Below, piece by piece: positions 17,784 through 27,911 of a stretch of 64,000 nt of DNA (its first letter is position 1; each line of letters opens with the position of its first letter). The notes beneath the pieces are model-generated. The model did no database searches, was not told where the DNA came from, and saw nothing but the letters and a program-made list of their open reading frames with translations. This stretch comes from Bacteroidales bacterium (GTDB lineage: Bacteria; Bacteroidota; Bacteroidia; Bacteroidales; UBA3824), in assembly GCA_024401025.1 (NCBI GenBank), contig JAKSLV010000002.1, forward strand, positions 43 to 64,042. Direction: 5' to 3'. The translations under genes and the position numbers were made by a program.

Positions 17784-18411
17784 CCTGGCGCTGATACTGC
17801 TGGCAACAATAGCGCTGGTATCAGCCACCCACACCGACGCCTACGCACAGTTTCTGGAATCCTACAAGGCCCTCAGCACGGCAGAGCAGCAATGGGTGCG
17901 CAGGCATCCCATTGCCGCATTCCGCACACACAGGCTGGCCGATACAGCCCGGGATCTGGCTGTGAAGCATCAGAACGACCCCGACCTGGACGGCGACCTC
18001 AACGGAGGAATGGCCGACGCCTTCAAGCACACGCTGTGGATGGCCATCACCGCCCAGAAAATCGGCAAGGATAAGGCTATATCGCTGGGGCAGGCCCACG
18101 AGGACGGCAACTACGAGCAGTTCCTTAACAATCCAGAGCGCAGCGGCGGTCTTCTGCAAGACAAGATAGCAAGCGACATGGACCTGTATAACAACAACAT
18201 AGGCGCACAGATAGGGCACGAACATCCCAACGTAAGCATCAGCGTGCTGATATTCCTGGTAAAGGATGCCGTAACCAAGGGCCAGTGCCGCAAGATACTG
18301 AAAAACAGCCAGGGACAATATCTGGATGCCGAGGGCAAGGTGATAGACACCGGGCAATACAACGGGCAATGGGAGATACCGAAAGTGCTGATACCCAGCA
18401 ACAAGCAATAA
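17749..18411 (+). CDS. Hypothetical secreted protein (DUF6973-like motif)
   Basis: Signal peptide LALILLATIALVSATHTDAYAQ, and the motif GGMADAFKHTLWMAITAQKIG...GQAHE. Its start overlaps the rsmI 3' end by 35 nt. Confidence 0.6.
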   Translation: MRLCTKRTIASSLALILLATIALVSATHTDAYAQFLESYKALSTAEQQWVRRHPIAAFRTHRLADTARDLAVKHQNDPDLDGDLNGGMADAFKHTLWMAITAQKIGKDKAISLGQAHEDGNYEQFLNNPERSGGLLQDKIASDMDLYNNNIGAQIGHEHPNVSISVLIFLVKDAVTKGQCRKILKNSQGQYLDAEGKVIDTGQYNGQWEIPKVLIPSNKQ

Positions 18412-18435
18412 TCCAACAAAACAACACAGGAATAG

Positions 18436-19560
18436 ATGAACAAAACGATACTAAAAACCCTGGCGGCTGCTGCCATTGCCCTCGTATGCGGCGGCGCATC
18501 AGCCCAGACCAGCGTAAACCCGGGCAACCCCAACATACTTGCCGAGGGACGCACAATTACCAAGGGCGAGGCAATGCATTTCTGCTATCCCGGAACAGCC
18601 TTCACGATAAGGTTTGCCGGCAGCGGCAGCGTATCGGCCAGGCTTAAGGCCAACGCCGGATACTACGGTGTAAGCGTGGATGGCGGCGGCTTCAGGAAGA
18701 TAAGCACCCACGGCTACAACGACGGCGTGCGCGATTTTCTCCTGGCCGAAAACCTGGCCAACGGCGAGCACTCCATAAAGCTGATGCTGCTTACAGAGGA
18801 GCTGTACAGATTCCCCGAGTTTCACGGTTTCGCATTAAGCGACAGCAAGGCAAAAATCCTGAAGCCCGACACCAAGAAGAGATTGAAGATAGAGTTTATA
18901 GGCAATTCGATAACCTGCGGCTACGGCAACGAGGCCTCCCGCAAGGAGGACCATTTTGCCGATTCCACAAGCAATTTCTCCAAATCGTTTGCCGGACTCA
19001 CCATCAAGAACCTGAACGCCATAGCCATGGTGGTGGCACGCAGCGGAATTGGCATCTACAAAAACTACGGCGACACCATCACCGGCAGCGAATGGCCAAT
19101 GCCAAAGGTATACGGCAAAACCCTCATCAACGACAAGGAGACCAACTACGATTTCTCGGGCTGGAGACCTGATGTGGTGGTGGTGGGCCTGGGCACCAAC
19201 GACCTTAGCGAGCACAACTACAAGGAGGAGAAGTTCCGCGTGGCCTACGCAGCCTTCATCAAGGACATACGCAAGCGCTACCCAACGGCGCACATCGTGA
19301 TGCTGAATTCGCCAATGCTCCACTACGAGCAGGCCGGAGAGCTCCAGATTGCCATCAGCAACACCATGACGGCAATGATTCAGGCCGGCGACACCAAAAT
19401 CCACCAGTACACCCAGTTCAGGGAGCTTGAGGACGACAATCAGTATGGCGCCGACTGGCATCCAAATGCCGCCTTCCACGCCGAGATGGCCAAATACTTC
19501 AGCTACTACATAAAGACCGAGGTGGCCAAGAGATTCTACAAGCAGCCAAAGCAAAAATAA
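18436..19560 (+). CDS. SGNH/GDSL-family esterase with N-terminal beta-sandwich (CE2-like)
   Basis: Signal peptide, then block I FIGNSITCGYG, block III GLGTNDL, and block V DWHP. Confidence 0.75.
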   Translation: MNKTILKTLAAAAIALVCGGASAQTSVNPGNPNILAEGRTITKGEAMHFCYPGTAFTIRFAGSGSVSARLKANAGYYGVSVDGGGFRKISTHGYNDGVRDFLLAENLANGEHSIKLMLLTEELYRFPEFHGFALSDSKAKILKPDTKKRLKIEFIGNSITCGYGNEASRKEDHFADSTSNFSKSFAGLTIKNLNAIAMVVARSGIGIYKNYGDTITGSEWPMPKVYGKTLINDKETNYDFSGWRPDVVVVGLGTNDLSEHNYKEEKFRVAYAAFIKDIRKRYPTAHIVMLNSPMLHYEQAGELQIAISNTMTAMIQAGDTKIHQYTQFRELEDDNQYGADWHPNAAFHAEMAKYFSYYIKTEVAKRFYKQPKQK

Positions 19561-19581
19561 CCGCTGACCGCAATACCGCAC

Positions 19582-19622
19582 AAAAAAATCCCCATCGCCA
19601 TTAAAAGCGATGGGGATTTTTC
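19582..19622. terminator. Bidirectional terminator between the esterase gene and pnp
   Basis: AAAAAAATCCCCATCGC-cattaaaa-GCGATGGGGATTTTT: a perfect 11-bp stem flanked by A- and T-runs. Confidence 0.7.
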
Positions 19623-19650
19623 ATATCATGATCTTTGGGAAAAGATTCAA

Positions 19651-21915
19651 TTACTGTGCCTCGCTGTTGCTAGGACGGTTGTTGTGGGGACGGAAACCGT
19701 TGCCGCCATTGCCACCGTTGTTTCTAGGACCGCGTGGACCGCCGTTGCCACCCTGACGAGGACCACGTGGACCCTCTGGACGTGGAGGACGCTCTACATA
19801 GCCCTCTGGCTTGGGAACCAGAACCTTGCGGCTGAGCTTCAGCTTGTTGTTCTTCTTGTCGATGTCGATGAGCTTAACCTCGATCTCCTCGCCTTCCTTG
19901 ATGAAGTCATGAGGATCCTCGATGCGCTTCCAATCCATCTCTGATACGTGGAGAAGGCCTTCCTTGCCTGGGAGAATCTCGACGAATGCGCCGAACTCTA
20001 CCACAGACTTTACCTTGCCCTTGTATACCTCGTTGAGCTCTGGCTCGGCCACGATGCCCTTGATGCGCTCGTATGCAGCGTCCATATCAGCCTTGTTGAC
20101 AGCCGAGATAGATACTACGCCTACACCGTCGGTCTCGTCGATGGTTACAACAGTATTGGTAGTGGCCTGGATATCCTGGATAACCTTGCCGCCGGGTCCG
20201 ATAACTGCGCCGATGTAATCCTTGGCAATGGTGAACTTCATCATGCGTGGTACAAATGGCTTGTAGTCCTCGCGTGGCTTGTCGATGGTCTGGAGCATGA
20301 TGCCGAGGATGTGGGCACGGCCTTCCTTGGCCTGCTGGAGAGCCTTGGCGAGAATCTCGTATGAGAGACCGTCAACCTTGATATCCATCTGGCAAGCGGT
20401 GATACCGTCGGGAGTACCGCAAACCTTGAAGTCCATATCGCCGAGGTGGTCCTCGTCACCAAGGATGTCGGAGAGCACAGCGTACTTCTCGTTGTCGGTG
20501 ATAAGACCCATAGCGATACCCGATACAGGCTTCTTGATCTTTACGCCGGCATCCATGAGGGCCAGACAGCCGCCACATACCGAGGCCATGGAAGAAGAGC
20601 CGTTAGACTCGAGGATATCAGAAACTACGCGGATTGTATATGGATTGTCCTCGATAGAAGGAAGCACCTTCTTGAGGGCGCGGTGAGCCAGATTACCGTG
20701 ACCTACCTCGCGACGGCTAACGCCACGTACTGGACGGGCCTCGCCTGTGGCGAATGGAGGGAAGTTGTAGTGGAGGAGGAAGTTGTTGCGGCCCTGCTCC
20801 AATACGTTGTCGATGATCTGCTCGTCGAGCTTGGTACCGAGAGTACATGTGGCAAGCGACTGAGTCTCGCCACGGGTGAATACGGCCGAACCGTGTACCG
20901 AAGGCAATACATCTGCCTCGCACCAGATAGGACGGATCTCGTTGGTCTTGCGCTGATCGAGACGAACGCCCTCATCGAGGATAAGGCGGCGTACGGCTGT
21001 GCGGAGCTCGTCGTGGAAGTAGCGGCCGATAAGGAGCTTCTTCTCCTCGAGCTCTTCCTCTGTAAGACCGAGAGAGGCTGTGAAATCCTCCTCAATCTTG
21101 GCGAAAGCATCAGCTCTCTCATGCTTAGGAAGGCCCTGACGGGCTGTATCGTAAATCTTCTGGTAGAGTTCGTTGTGGATGCGCTCCTGAAGCTCTGGAT
21201 CAGAGATCTCAGGCTCGTACTCACGCTTTACAACGCCCTTCTCCTGAGCCATCTCCATCTGGAGCTTGCACATAGGCTTGATGGCATCGTGGGCAAACTT
21301 GATGGCCTCGAGCATCTCTGCCTCCGAAACCTCGTTCATCTCGCCCTCCACCATGAGGATATTGTCGTATGTGGCGCCCACTACGAGCTCGATGTCGGCA
21401 CGCTCGTTCTGCTCGAAAGTAGGGTTGATCATGAGCTTGCCATCCACCCTGGCCACGCGAACCTCAGCTATAGGCATCTCGATAGGCACATCAGAAACGC
21501 TGAGCGCGCATGAAGCTGCAAATCCTGCGTAAGCATCAGGCATAGTCTCCTTGTCGGCAGAAAGGAGGTACACATTTACGAAAGTATCAGCGTGGTAATC
21601 CTTTGGGAACAATGGACGGAGCGCACGGTCGATAAGGCGTGCTGTAAGGATCTCGTAGTCAGAGGCCTTACCCTCTCTCTTGAGGAAGCCGCCCGGGAAA
21701 CGGCCGTTGGAATAATATTTTTCCTGATATTCAACTGTGAGAGGCATGAAGTCAGCCTCAGGGTTGCTCTCCTTCGAAGAGCAGACAGTGGCCAGCAATA
21801 CGGTGTTGCCCTGACGGACAATAACCGAACCATCGGCCTGCTTGGCGAGCTTACCGGTCTCTACGGTAACTTTGCGTCCATCGCCAAGGTCAATTTCTCT
21901 TGTAATTACGTTCAT
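19651..21915 (-). CDS. pnp: Polynucleotide phosphorylase
   Basis: 754 aa with two RNase PH domains, KH and S1 domains ([27 protein letters not shown]), plus a C-terminal extension of about 50 aa rich in Gly/Pro/Arg/Asn. Confidence 0.95.
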   Translation of the reverse strand: MNVITREIDLGDGRKVTVETGKLAKQADGSVIVRQGNTVLLATVCSSKESNPEADFMPLTVEYQEKYYSNGRFPGGFLKREGKASDYEILTARLIDRALRPLFPKDYHADTFVNVYLLSADKETMPDAYAGFAASCALSVSDVPIEMPIAEVRVARVDGKLMINPTFEQNERADIELVVGATYDNILMVEGEMNEVSEAEMLEAIKFAHDAIKPMCKLQMEMAQEKGVVKREYEPEISDPELQERIHNELYQKIYDTARQGLPKHERADAFAKIEEDFTASLGLTEEELEEKKLLIGRYFHDELRTAVRRLILDEGVRLDQRKTNEIRPIWCEADVLPSVHGSAVFTRGETQSLATCTLGTKLDEQIIDNVLEQGRNNFLLHYNFPPFATGEARPVRGVSRREVGHGNLAHRALKKVLPSIEDNPYTIRVVSDILESNGSSSMASVCGGCLALMDAGVKIKKPVSGIAMGLITDNEKYAVLSDILGDEDHLGDMDFKVCGTPDGITACQMDIKVDGLSYEILAKALQQAKEGRAHILGIMLQTIDKPREDYKPFVPRMMKFTIAKDYIGAVIGPGGKVIQDIQATTNTVVTIDETDGVGVVSISAVNKADMDAAYERIKGIVAEPELNEVYKGKVKSVVEFGAFVEILPGKEGLLHVSEMDWKRIEDPHDFIKEGEEIEVKLIDIDKKNNKLKLSRKVLVPKPEGYVERPPRPEGPRGPRQGGNGGPRGPRNNGGNGGNGFRPHNNRPSNSEAQ

Positions 21916-22081
21916 TTATTCAACAATGTAAGATGTGAAAACTGCCGCAGAACCAACGGCTGGCAGTCGGTATATTAGGTATAGGATAAAAACCTAAAAA
22001 ACTTGTCTCGTGTAAATAAACAAAAAGGAAAAGGCCACACTAAACATATAGCCCCTTCCTTAGTGTCTTTAGAGTTCTGGA

Positions 22082-22351
22082 TTACTTTCTCAAGCCTAAC
22101 TTCTTGATGAGTGCTCTATATCTTTCGATGTCTCTCTTCTTGAGGTAATCAAGAAGTGAGCGTCTCTTACCTACCAAACCAGTCAAAGCCCTCTTTGTAC
22201 CGAAGTCATGGATGTTCTTCTTGAGGTGCTCTGTCAAATGCTGAATACGGTAGGAAAATAAGGCAACCTGGCTTTCAACAGAACCGGTGTCTTTATTAGA
22301 CTTTCCGTAGTTTCCGAAAATCTCTAATTTCTTTTCAGCGTCCAAATACAT
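22082..22351 (-). CDS. rpsO: 30S ribosomal protein S15
   Basis: MYLDAEKKLEIFGNYGKSNKDTGSVESQVALFSYRIQHLTEHLK... is a canonical S15; 89 aa, upstream of pnp as in many bacteria. Confidence 0.95.
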   Translation of the reverse strand: MYLDAEKKLEIFGNYGKSNKDTGSVESQVALFSYRIQHLTEHLKKNIHDFGTKRALTGLVGKRRSLLDYLKKRDIERYRALIKKLGLRK

Positions 22352-22396
22352 AATTGTAATGTTTATTAAATGTTTATTTATTTATGTGATCGGGCG

Positions 22397-22404
22397 CAAA
22401 GGTA
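22397..22404 (-). promoter_or_regulatory. Candidate -7 box for rpsO
   Basis: The minus strand reads TACCTTTG followed by CGCCCGATCA, about 45 nt upstream of the rpsO ATG. Confidence 0.4.
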
Positions 22405-22472
22405 CAAATAATTTTTGTGCGCCGCAATAGTTTTTGCAAATATTTTTCACATTTTTTTCATCGGGCTGAGGC

Positions 22473-23573
22473 TTACTTCCAAACGAAACCTCCCACCATG
22501 GATTTTGCCACGCTGGCCAGCACATAGTAGGGATACACGGCCTCCAGCACTATCACATCCCACAAGGATATCTTCTCGCCGTAGAATGTGGACGACGCCA
22601 TCACCGACTGATAATCGGCCAGAAATTTCATCAGAAGCAATGGCAGGGCCAGCCACCACTGCACCACGCCTATGCAGGCAAGTATCAGGGCCGCTATGGA
22701 AGCCACGTTGCCAAGCAGTATGGCGAAGGCGAAAAAGAGTATGTACCATGATGTGTAGCCTCCGGTCTTGCTTACCCAGCGGGCGCGCTGATTCATCAGC
22801 CTGCCCAGAGTGGGCACGCAGCTGGTGCGGATTACGGCGTCGGGATGGCGCACGTAGGCAAACTTGCGCTTCTGCTTGCTGGCCGCCTCCATCATGAACA
22901 TGTCGTCGCCCGAGGCGTATCTGGAATTGAGTCCGTCGGTGTTCTGTATCAGGAATGACGCCCTGTAGCCGATGTTGCCGCCATTGCACATCACGGGGCT
23001 GCCCTGTAGGCAGGTGCCTCCGGTAATGGTGATCATGGCGAACGATTCAGCCATTTGCAGGCGCTGGAAAAGGCTGCCCCTGTCGATGGGCTCTATTATC
23101 ACCGGGGCCATCACCATGTCGGCGTCGGTCTGCATGGCGGCGCCCACCATGAGTTCGGCCCAGCGTGAACGGGGAAAACAGTCGGCATCGGTGCTCAGGA
23201 TGTATTTGCCGCGGCTCTGGGCAATGCCGTCGCGCAGGGCATCCTTCTTGCCGTGGCCGGTGCTGGATATCACCATGCTCTCGGGCCTCAGCTGGCTGCT
23301 GATGCGGCTGGCTGTATTGTCGGTGGAATGGTCGTCCACGAATATCAGGCGGCTCTTGGGATGGGTCTGGCCGTTTATCGACTGGGCCAGCTGGTCCACA
23401 TTCTGCTCCTCGTTTTTGGCCGCCACTATGATGTCGGTATCAGCCAATGTCTGCAATGGCGTATCGCCCAGCAGGTATTCGCCGGCCGCAAAAGTGCGGA
23501 ATGTCTCGGAACACCTCATCACCAGGGCCACATATATCAGAAGCAATGCGGCTATTGATATAAAAGCTATCAT
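22473..23573 (-). CDS. Family 2 glycosyltransferase (membrane-anchored)
   Basis: IIVAAKNEEQNV..., FVDDHSTDNT and STDADC motifs, with N- and C-terminal TM segments. Confidence 0.8.
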   Translation of the reverse strand: MIAFISIAALLLIYVALVMRCSETFRTFAAGEYLLGDTPLQTLADTDIIVAAKNEEQNVDQLAQSINGQTHPKSRLIFVDDHSTDNTASRISSQLRPESMVISSTGHGKKDALRDGIAQSRGKYILSTDADCFPRSRWAELMVGAAMQTDADMVMAPVIIEPIDRGSLFQRLQMAESFAMITITGGTCLQGSPVMCNGGNIGYRASFLIQNTDGLNSRYASGDDMFMMEAASKQKRKFAYVRHPDAVIRTSCVPTLGRLMNQRARWVSKTGGYTSWYILFFAFAILLGNVASIAALILACIGVVQWWLALPLLLMKFLADYQSVMASSTFYGEKISLWDVIVLEAVYPYYVLASVAKSMVGGFVWK

Positions 23574-23577
23574 AATG

Positions 23578-24714
23578 TCATATTTTTAGTTTGCAGCTTA
23601 CGGCATAGTGGTCGGAGAGGTTTTCGCGGAAAGTGCGGAAGTTTCTGGATTCCAGCACCGGAGAGTGCATTATATAGTCGATCCTGAAGCTGAGGCCCTT
23701 GATCCTAACCGTGCCGCCGAAACCCGTGCCGCTCTGCCTGAATGCGTCCACAAGGCTCTTGCCCATCACCGTGCGGTAGCTCTTGGAAACCGGAGGCTCG
23801 TTGAAATCGCCGCATAGCACCACGGCGTACGGGGATTCCTCCACAAGCTGATGTATCAGCTCGGCCTGGCGGGTGCGTATCGAGTATGCCTTGGTTAGCT
23901 TGTTGTATATGGCCTTGATGCCCGACACCTGCTCCTGATTGTTTTTCTGCTCTATCTGGTCGATGAAGTCGTAATCGTCGTAGCCGAGCTTTATCGATTT
24001 CAGGTGGAAGTTTATCACCCTTACCTTGCGGTCGATTATCTGGGCGTCGGCGCAGATGCCGATTAGATTCTCGGTGTGGTCGAAGATTGGGGTAACCTTG
24101 CTGAGCGGAAACTTCGAGAAAATCCTGTAACCCTTGTTGGTGGAATGTTTCGTGTCGCCGGGGTCGTAGTCGCGGGCAATGTGTGATGTGCCCAGCACGT
24201 CCTGGATTATCATCTCGTTGGTGATGGAATCCTTGCTGTTGTTGTAGAACTCCTGGAAACACACGATATCAGGGCTCTCGTATCTCAGGAACTCGAATAT
24301 CTTGGTCTTGGTGTCGTTTTTGCCCTTTATCCAGTTGTAACGGTCGAGCAGCCTTACGTTGAACGACATAATGCTGAATGTGGAATCGTCGTCGTCGAAA
24401 TCCTCCACGTAGTGCATGGGATTTAGCTGAACGGTGGAATCTATGAAACCGTATCCCAACGCCAGCGTAATTATGAGAGCCAGTGCCGTGATTTTCTTGG
24501 CGAATATCAGCAGCAGCAGGTACAATACATCAAGTATCAGCACATACGGGAACGCCATCCCCGCCAGGGCGAGAATGGGATAAGACGAAGGGTCCACGAA
24601 AACCGCGCTATACGACATCAGGGTGGCCGCCACCAGCAGGATGGTGACCATCAGATTGATTTTGCTAAACAGTTTCCGCAGCGTTTGCCAAACCGTATTT
24701 GCCTTTTTTATCAT
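23578..24714 (-). CDS. Endonuclease/exonuclease/phosphatase (EEP) family membrane protein
   Basis: About 3 N-terminal TM helices, then the EEP motifs SFNVRL, CFQEF, GDFN and SDHYAV. Confidence 0.75.
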   Translation of the reverse strand: MIKKANTVWQTLRKLFSKINLMVTILLVAATLMSYSAVFVDPSSYPILALAGMAFPYVLILDVLYLLLLIFAKKITALALIITLALGYGFIDSTVQLNPMHYVEDFDDDDSTFSIMSFNVRLLDRYNWIKGKNDTKTKIFEFLRYESPDIVCFQEFYNNSKDSITNEMIIQDVLGTSHIARDYDPGDTKHSTNKGYRIFSKFPLSKVTPIFDHTENLIGICADAQIIDRKVRVINFHLKSIKLGYDDYDFIDQIEQKNNQEQVSGIKAIYNKLTKAYSIRTRQAELIHQLVEESPYAVVLCGDFNEPPVSKSYRTVMGKSLVDAFRQSGTGFGGTVRIKGLSFRIDYIMHSPVLESRNFRTFRENLSDHYAVSCKLKI

Positions 24715-24716
24715 TA

Positions 24717-25418
24717 TTATTCCTCGAACTCGAACTTTGGAATCTCCACGAATTCCTTGTCGGTATCCATTATGAATTTAAGGTATGTAATCTTTTTTCC
24801 CTGCTCCAGGAAACTGCGCTCGTAGAAGGTCTTGATGCCCAGCACACTATCCAGATACTGCGAGGCGTATAAATCGTCGGTGGCCACCAATGGAATAACG
24901 CCGTTGGCCTTAAGGAGCTCCAGAGTGTAGAAATGCAGCAGGCGGCTGTCGGTCTTCAGGTTTACTATGGCGCCGTCTTTCAGGAAACGTCGGTATATGT
25001 TAAGGAAGTGGGCCGATGTAAGGCGCTTGTTCTGTTTCTTGGGCTGAGGATCGCAGAATGTAATCCAAACCTCGTCTACCTCGTCCTTGCCGAAGAAATT
25101 ATCGATCATATCGATTCGTGTGCGCAGGAAACCGGCGTTTGGCAGGTTCTTGTCGAGGGCCTCCTTGGCTCCATGCCAGATGCGCGCGCCCTTGATATCT
25201 ACGCCTATGAAGTTCATGGATGGATTAATCTCGCTGAGAGCCACGGTGTATTCGCCCTTGCCGCAGCCCAGCTCCAGTGTTATGCCATTGACATTGTGGA
25301 AGAAATCCTGGCTCCACTTGCCCTTGTATTCAAAATCGCTTACCTTAAGTTCCTCAGGCTGCACCACGTTCTTGAATGTGGCCATCTGAGCAAACTTCTC
25401 CAACTTGTTTTTTGACAT
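24717..25418 (-). CDS. trmB: tRNA (guanine46-N7)-methyltransferase
   Basis: SAM motif LELGCGKGEYTVAL, FIGVDIKG, and FCDPQPKK, which is characteristic of TrmB. Confidence 0.88.
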   Translation of the reverse strand: MSKNKLEKFAQMATFKNVVQPEELKVSDFEYKGKWSQDFFHNVNGITLELGCGKGEYTVALSEINPSMNFIGVDIKGARIWHGAKEALDKNLPNAGFLRTRIDMIDNFFGKDEVDEVWITFCDPQPKKQNKRLTSAHFLNIYRRFLKDGAIVNLKTDSRLLHFYTLELLKANGVIPLVATDDLYASQYLDSVLGIKTFYERSFLEQGKKITYLKFIMDTDKEFVEIPKFEFEE

Positions 25419-25428
25419 TTTGTATTTA

Positions 25429-25908
25429 TTATTGCTTGTGAATATCTATTGACATGCCTACCTCGTTTACGAACGGGAGTTTCTCCATCCTCATGCCGTG
25501 GCGTATCTGAAACTTAAACTTGCCTGTGTCATGGAATACGGCGGCGTTGGCAAATGGAATCTCGTAATCCTCCACCTCGCCAAAACACATACGGTTGGAT
25601 GTGGAGAAGCCTTTCTCGTCGCGCAGGATACATTCTATGGTGTCCTCGCGCGATACGCCCGATGGCGACGTGGTCTTTACGAACAGCCACATATTAGCGT
25701 ATGGATAGAAATCCACCGTGCGGATGTCCAACGATATGTCGTACAGCTGATTGGTATCAGCAATATCAGCCTCCAGCAATATGGCGTTGTCCATATCCCA
25801 AACCATATCAGGAGCCAGCGACACGCGGTCGCTGTATATGCGGCCAGGATTGCACGACGACAACACGGCAGCCGACAGCGCGGCCACGAGGTAAAGTTGC
25901 TTTTTCAT
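25429..25908 (-). CDS. gldH: Gliding-motility-type lipoprotein GldH
   Basis: Lipobox AAVLSSCN, and a roughly 160-aa protein with the GldH-like pattern (W..D...F.F...D....YDI...IR....YPY.N.W). Start moved to MKKQLYL (25908). Confidence 0.6.
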   Translation of the reverse strand: MKKQLYLVAALSAAVLSSCNPGRIYSDRVSLAPDMVWDMDNAILLEADIADTNQLYDISLDIRTVDFYPYANMWLFVKTTSPSGVSREDTIECILRDEKGFSTSNRMCFGEVEDYEIPFANAAVFHDTGKFKFQIRHGMRMEKLPFVNEVGMSIDIHKQ

Positions 25909-26019
25909 ATTTAAATTACATTTTGCGTACAAAAATAACACAGAAAATCTACTTACACAAAAAAGCCGGGAAATTTTTTGCAAATTTCCCGGCTTTTGTA
26001 TTAATTATCAGTTGATTTA

Positions 26020-27819
26020 TTAGTCAACGATGTTGCGGAAAGTATCTGACTCGAAGTATCTGATGAACTCTACATCGTACTTAGCCCAGTTCTTGAGGTT
26101 GGCATCCTTGTCAACAGCCTTCTTGAGGTTGTCCATAGCCTGAGTCTCCTCGTTCTGACGTGAACCGATGATGGCCTTCAGGTAGTCTACGATGGCGTCC
26201 TGAGAGTTTATGCTGTTGAGGGTTCTCTTGGCATCGTCCACATTCTTGGCAAGCACCTGAGCAAGAGCCTTGTTGAATGATGGAGTAGAGCCAAAGTTAG
26301 CGATGGCCTTCTCGTACTCGCCGTCACGGATGTTGATAACACCCATATTGTAGCCAGCCTCGTCGCAGCCTACGTTCTTGGCGCGTGCAAAGTTCTCCTT
26401 GGCTCTGTCGTAGTTGCCATTGGCAAGTTCCACAACGCCGAGGTTGTTGTTGAGGGCAGGCTGCTTGCTGTCTACGCCTCTTGCCTTGTTGAACTGAGCC
26501 TGAGCGTCATCAAGCTTGCCGTCGTTCATGTATGCAACACCCAGGTTGTTGAAACCTCTCCAATCCTGAGGATACTTAGCTGTGTACTTCTTGAGGATCT
26601 CTATCTTCTGAGAGTTGCTCAAAGAAGGCATTGTGGCGGCGTAGATGGCCTCCTCCTGAGTAAGTGCGTCGAAATCGCTCTTTGCGAGGTCGGCAAGCTC
26701 AGAATCGGTCTTCTCCTTGGTCTGGATGGTGGCCTTGATTTCTGAACGGCGGAGCTGAGGAAGAACAGAAGACTTGAGTGCTGTGTATGCAGCTGCAATG
26801 TTCTTGATCTCGCGCTCGCGTGTGGTAGGATCAGAATACATAGAGAGAACACGGAGTATCAGGTCCTTATCCTTGATGTTGGAAGCCTCGATGCTCTTCT
26901 TGAAACCCTCCCAGTCCTCGGCCTGAGTGGTCTGGCGCGAAATGATGTCGCCGGCACCCTCCACCTTCTTCAACTGGTCTTTGGCGAACTTCTCGCCCGA
27001 TTTGCCACGCTGGTCAACGAGTTTCTGGTTTACATCCTCAGGACCATCAGGCGAAGCGTATGAAGCCACCTCGATAGCCTTGATTACAGAATTCTCGTCG
27101 CCGGCAGCCTCCTTCAGGAGGTCGATGAATTCCTTAACGTCCTTCTTCTTCATCTCCTTGTTGTCGAGCGACGACTGCTGGAGCTGATAGTACATTGTAA
27201 GGTCCTTTGTAGAGATGCTTGATTTAGGCTTCTCTACCTTGCACTCGATTGTCATGGCGCTGCCCTGGCCAGTAGCAGCCGAGCCGGCCTTTGTATCAGC
27301 ACCGCTGAGAACCTCGTTGTCGGCCTTCACGCCCATCTCTACGAGAAGTGGAGTGGCATTGATACCGTCGCCAATCTTTACGTCGGCAATGGTCTCGGTA
27401 ACGCCGTTCTTGTTGGCCTTCATATTAAGAATGAGGTCTGATCTGCGGTATGGATCAGAAAAATCTATAACATCCTGATATGTATACTCGCCACCCAGCT
27501 TGTAGCTGATTGTGGTGTTGTTGTCCTTAACGCCCTCGCCCTGGATAGTCTTGGTAGACATGTTTACTACATCCTGAGAAAGCTGCGACTTTATGGCAGG
27601 GGTCACCATGATGTAAGCCTTCTTGTCGAAATACTTTGGAGGGAAAGTTACCTTGATAGAGACAGGCACCTTGCCTGCGTGCATCTCAAGAGGATCAGGT
27701 GTGACCTCTCTTGTGATAAGGTTCGAATTCTGGGCCATCTGCTTAAGGCCGTTGCATCCGCTTGCCAGAAATGCAGTAGCAAACATCAAGGCAAGAAAAT
27801 TAACTGTCGATTTTTTCAT
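26020..27819 (-). CDS. Lipoprotein with C-terminal TPR repeats
   Basis: Lipobox FLASGCNG. C-terminal repeats NNLGVAYMNDGKLDDAQAQFNKA / NNLGVVELANGNYDRAKENFARA / YNMGVINIRDGEYEKAIANF have TPR periodicity. Confidence 0.7.
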   Translation of the reverse strand: MKKSTVNFLALMFATAFLASGCNGLKQMAQNSNLITREVTPDPLEMHAGKVPVSIKVTFPPKYFDKKAYIMVTPAIKSQLSQDVVNMSTKTIQGEGVKDNNTTISYKLGGEYTYQDVIDFSDPYRRSDLILNMKANKNGVTETIADVKIGDGINATPLLVEMGVKADNEVLSGADTKAGSAATGQGSAMTIECKVEKPKSSISTKDLTMYYQLQQSSLDNKEMKKKDVKEFIDLLKEAAGDENSVIKAIEVASYASPDGPEDVNQKLVDQRGKSGEKFAKDQLKKVEGAGDIISRQTTQAEDWEGFKKSIEASNIKDKDLILRVLSMYSDPTTREREIKNIAAAYTALKSSVLPQLRRSEIKATIQTKEKTDSELADLAKSDFDALTQEEAIYAATMPSLSNSQKIEILKKYTAKYPQDWRGFNNLGVAYMNDGKLDDAQAQFNKARGVDSKQPALNNNLGVVELANGNYDRAKENFARAKNVGCDEAGYNMGVINIRDGEYEKAIANFGSTPSFNKALAQVLAKNVDDAKRTLNSINSQDAIVDYLKAIIGSRQNEETQAMDNLKKAVDKDANLKNWAKYDVEFIRYFESDTFRNIVD

Positions 27820-27911
27820 AATAGTATATTATAAATATTTATGTTTCACATTTTTGATGGGGAAATCCCAAAAGGCAAAATTAGCAACAAAATCACAAAA
27901 CTGCAATAGTG

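Noticed and set aside
22463-22480. 14-nt identity GCTGAGGCTTACTT shared with 29342-29357, both just before stop codons of minus-strand genes
   Set aside because: By my rough estimate, a 64-kb window read on both strands is expected to contain on the order of ten chance 14-mer matches. No extended similarity surrounds these two.
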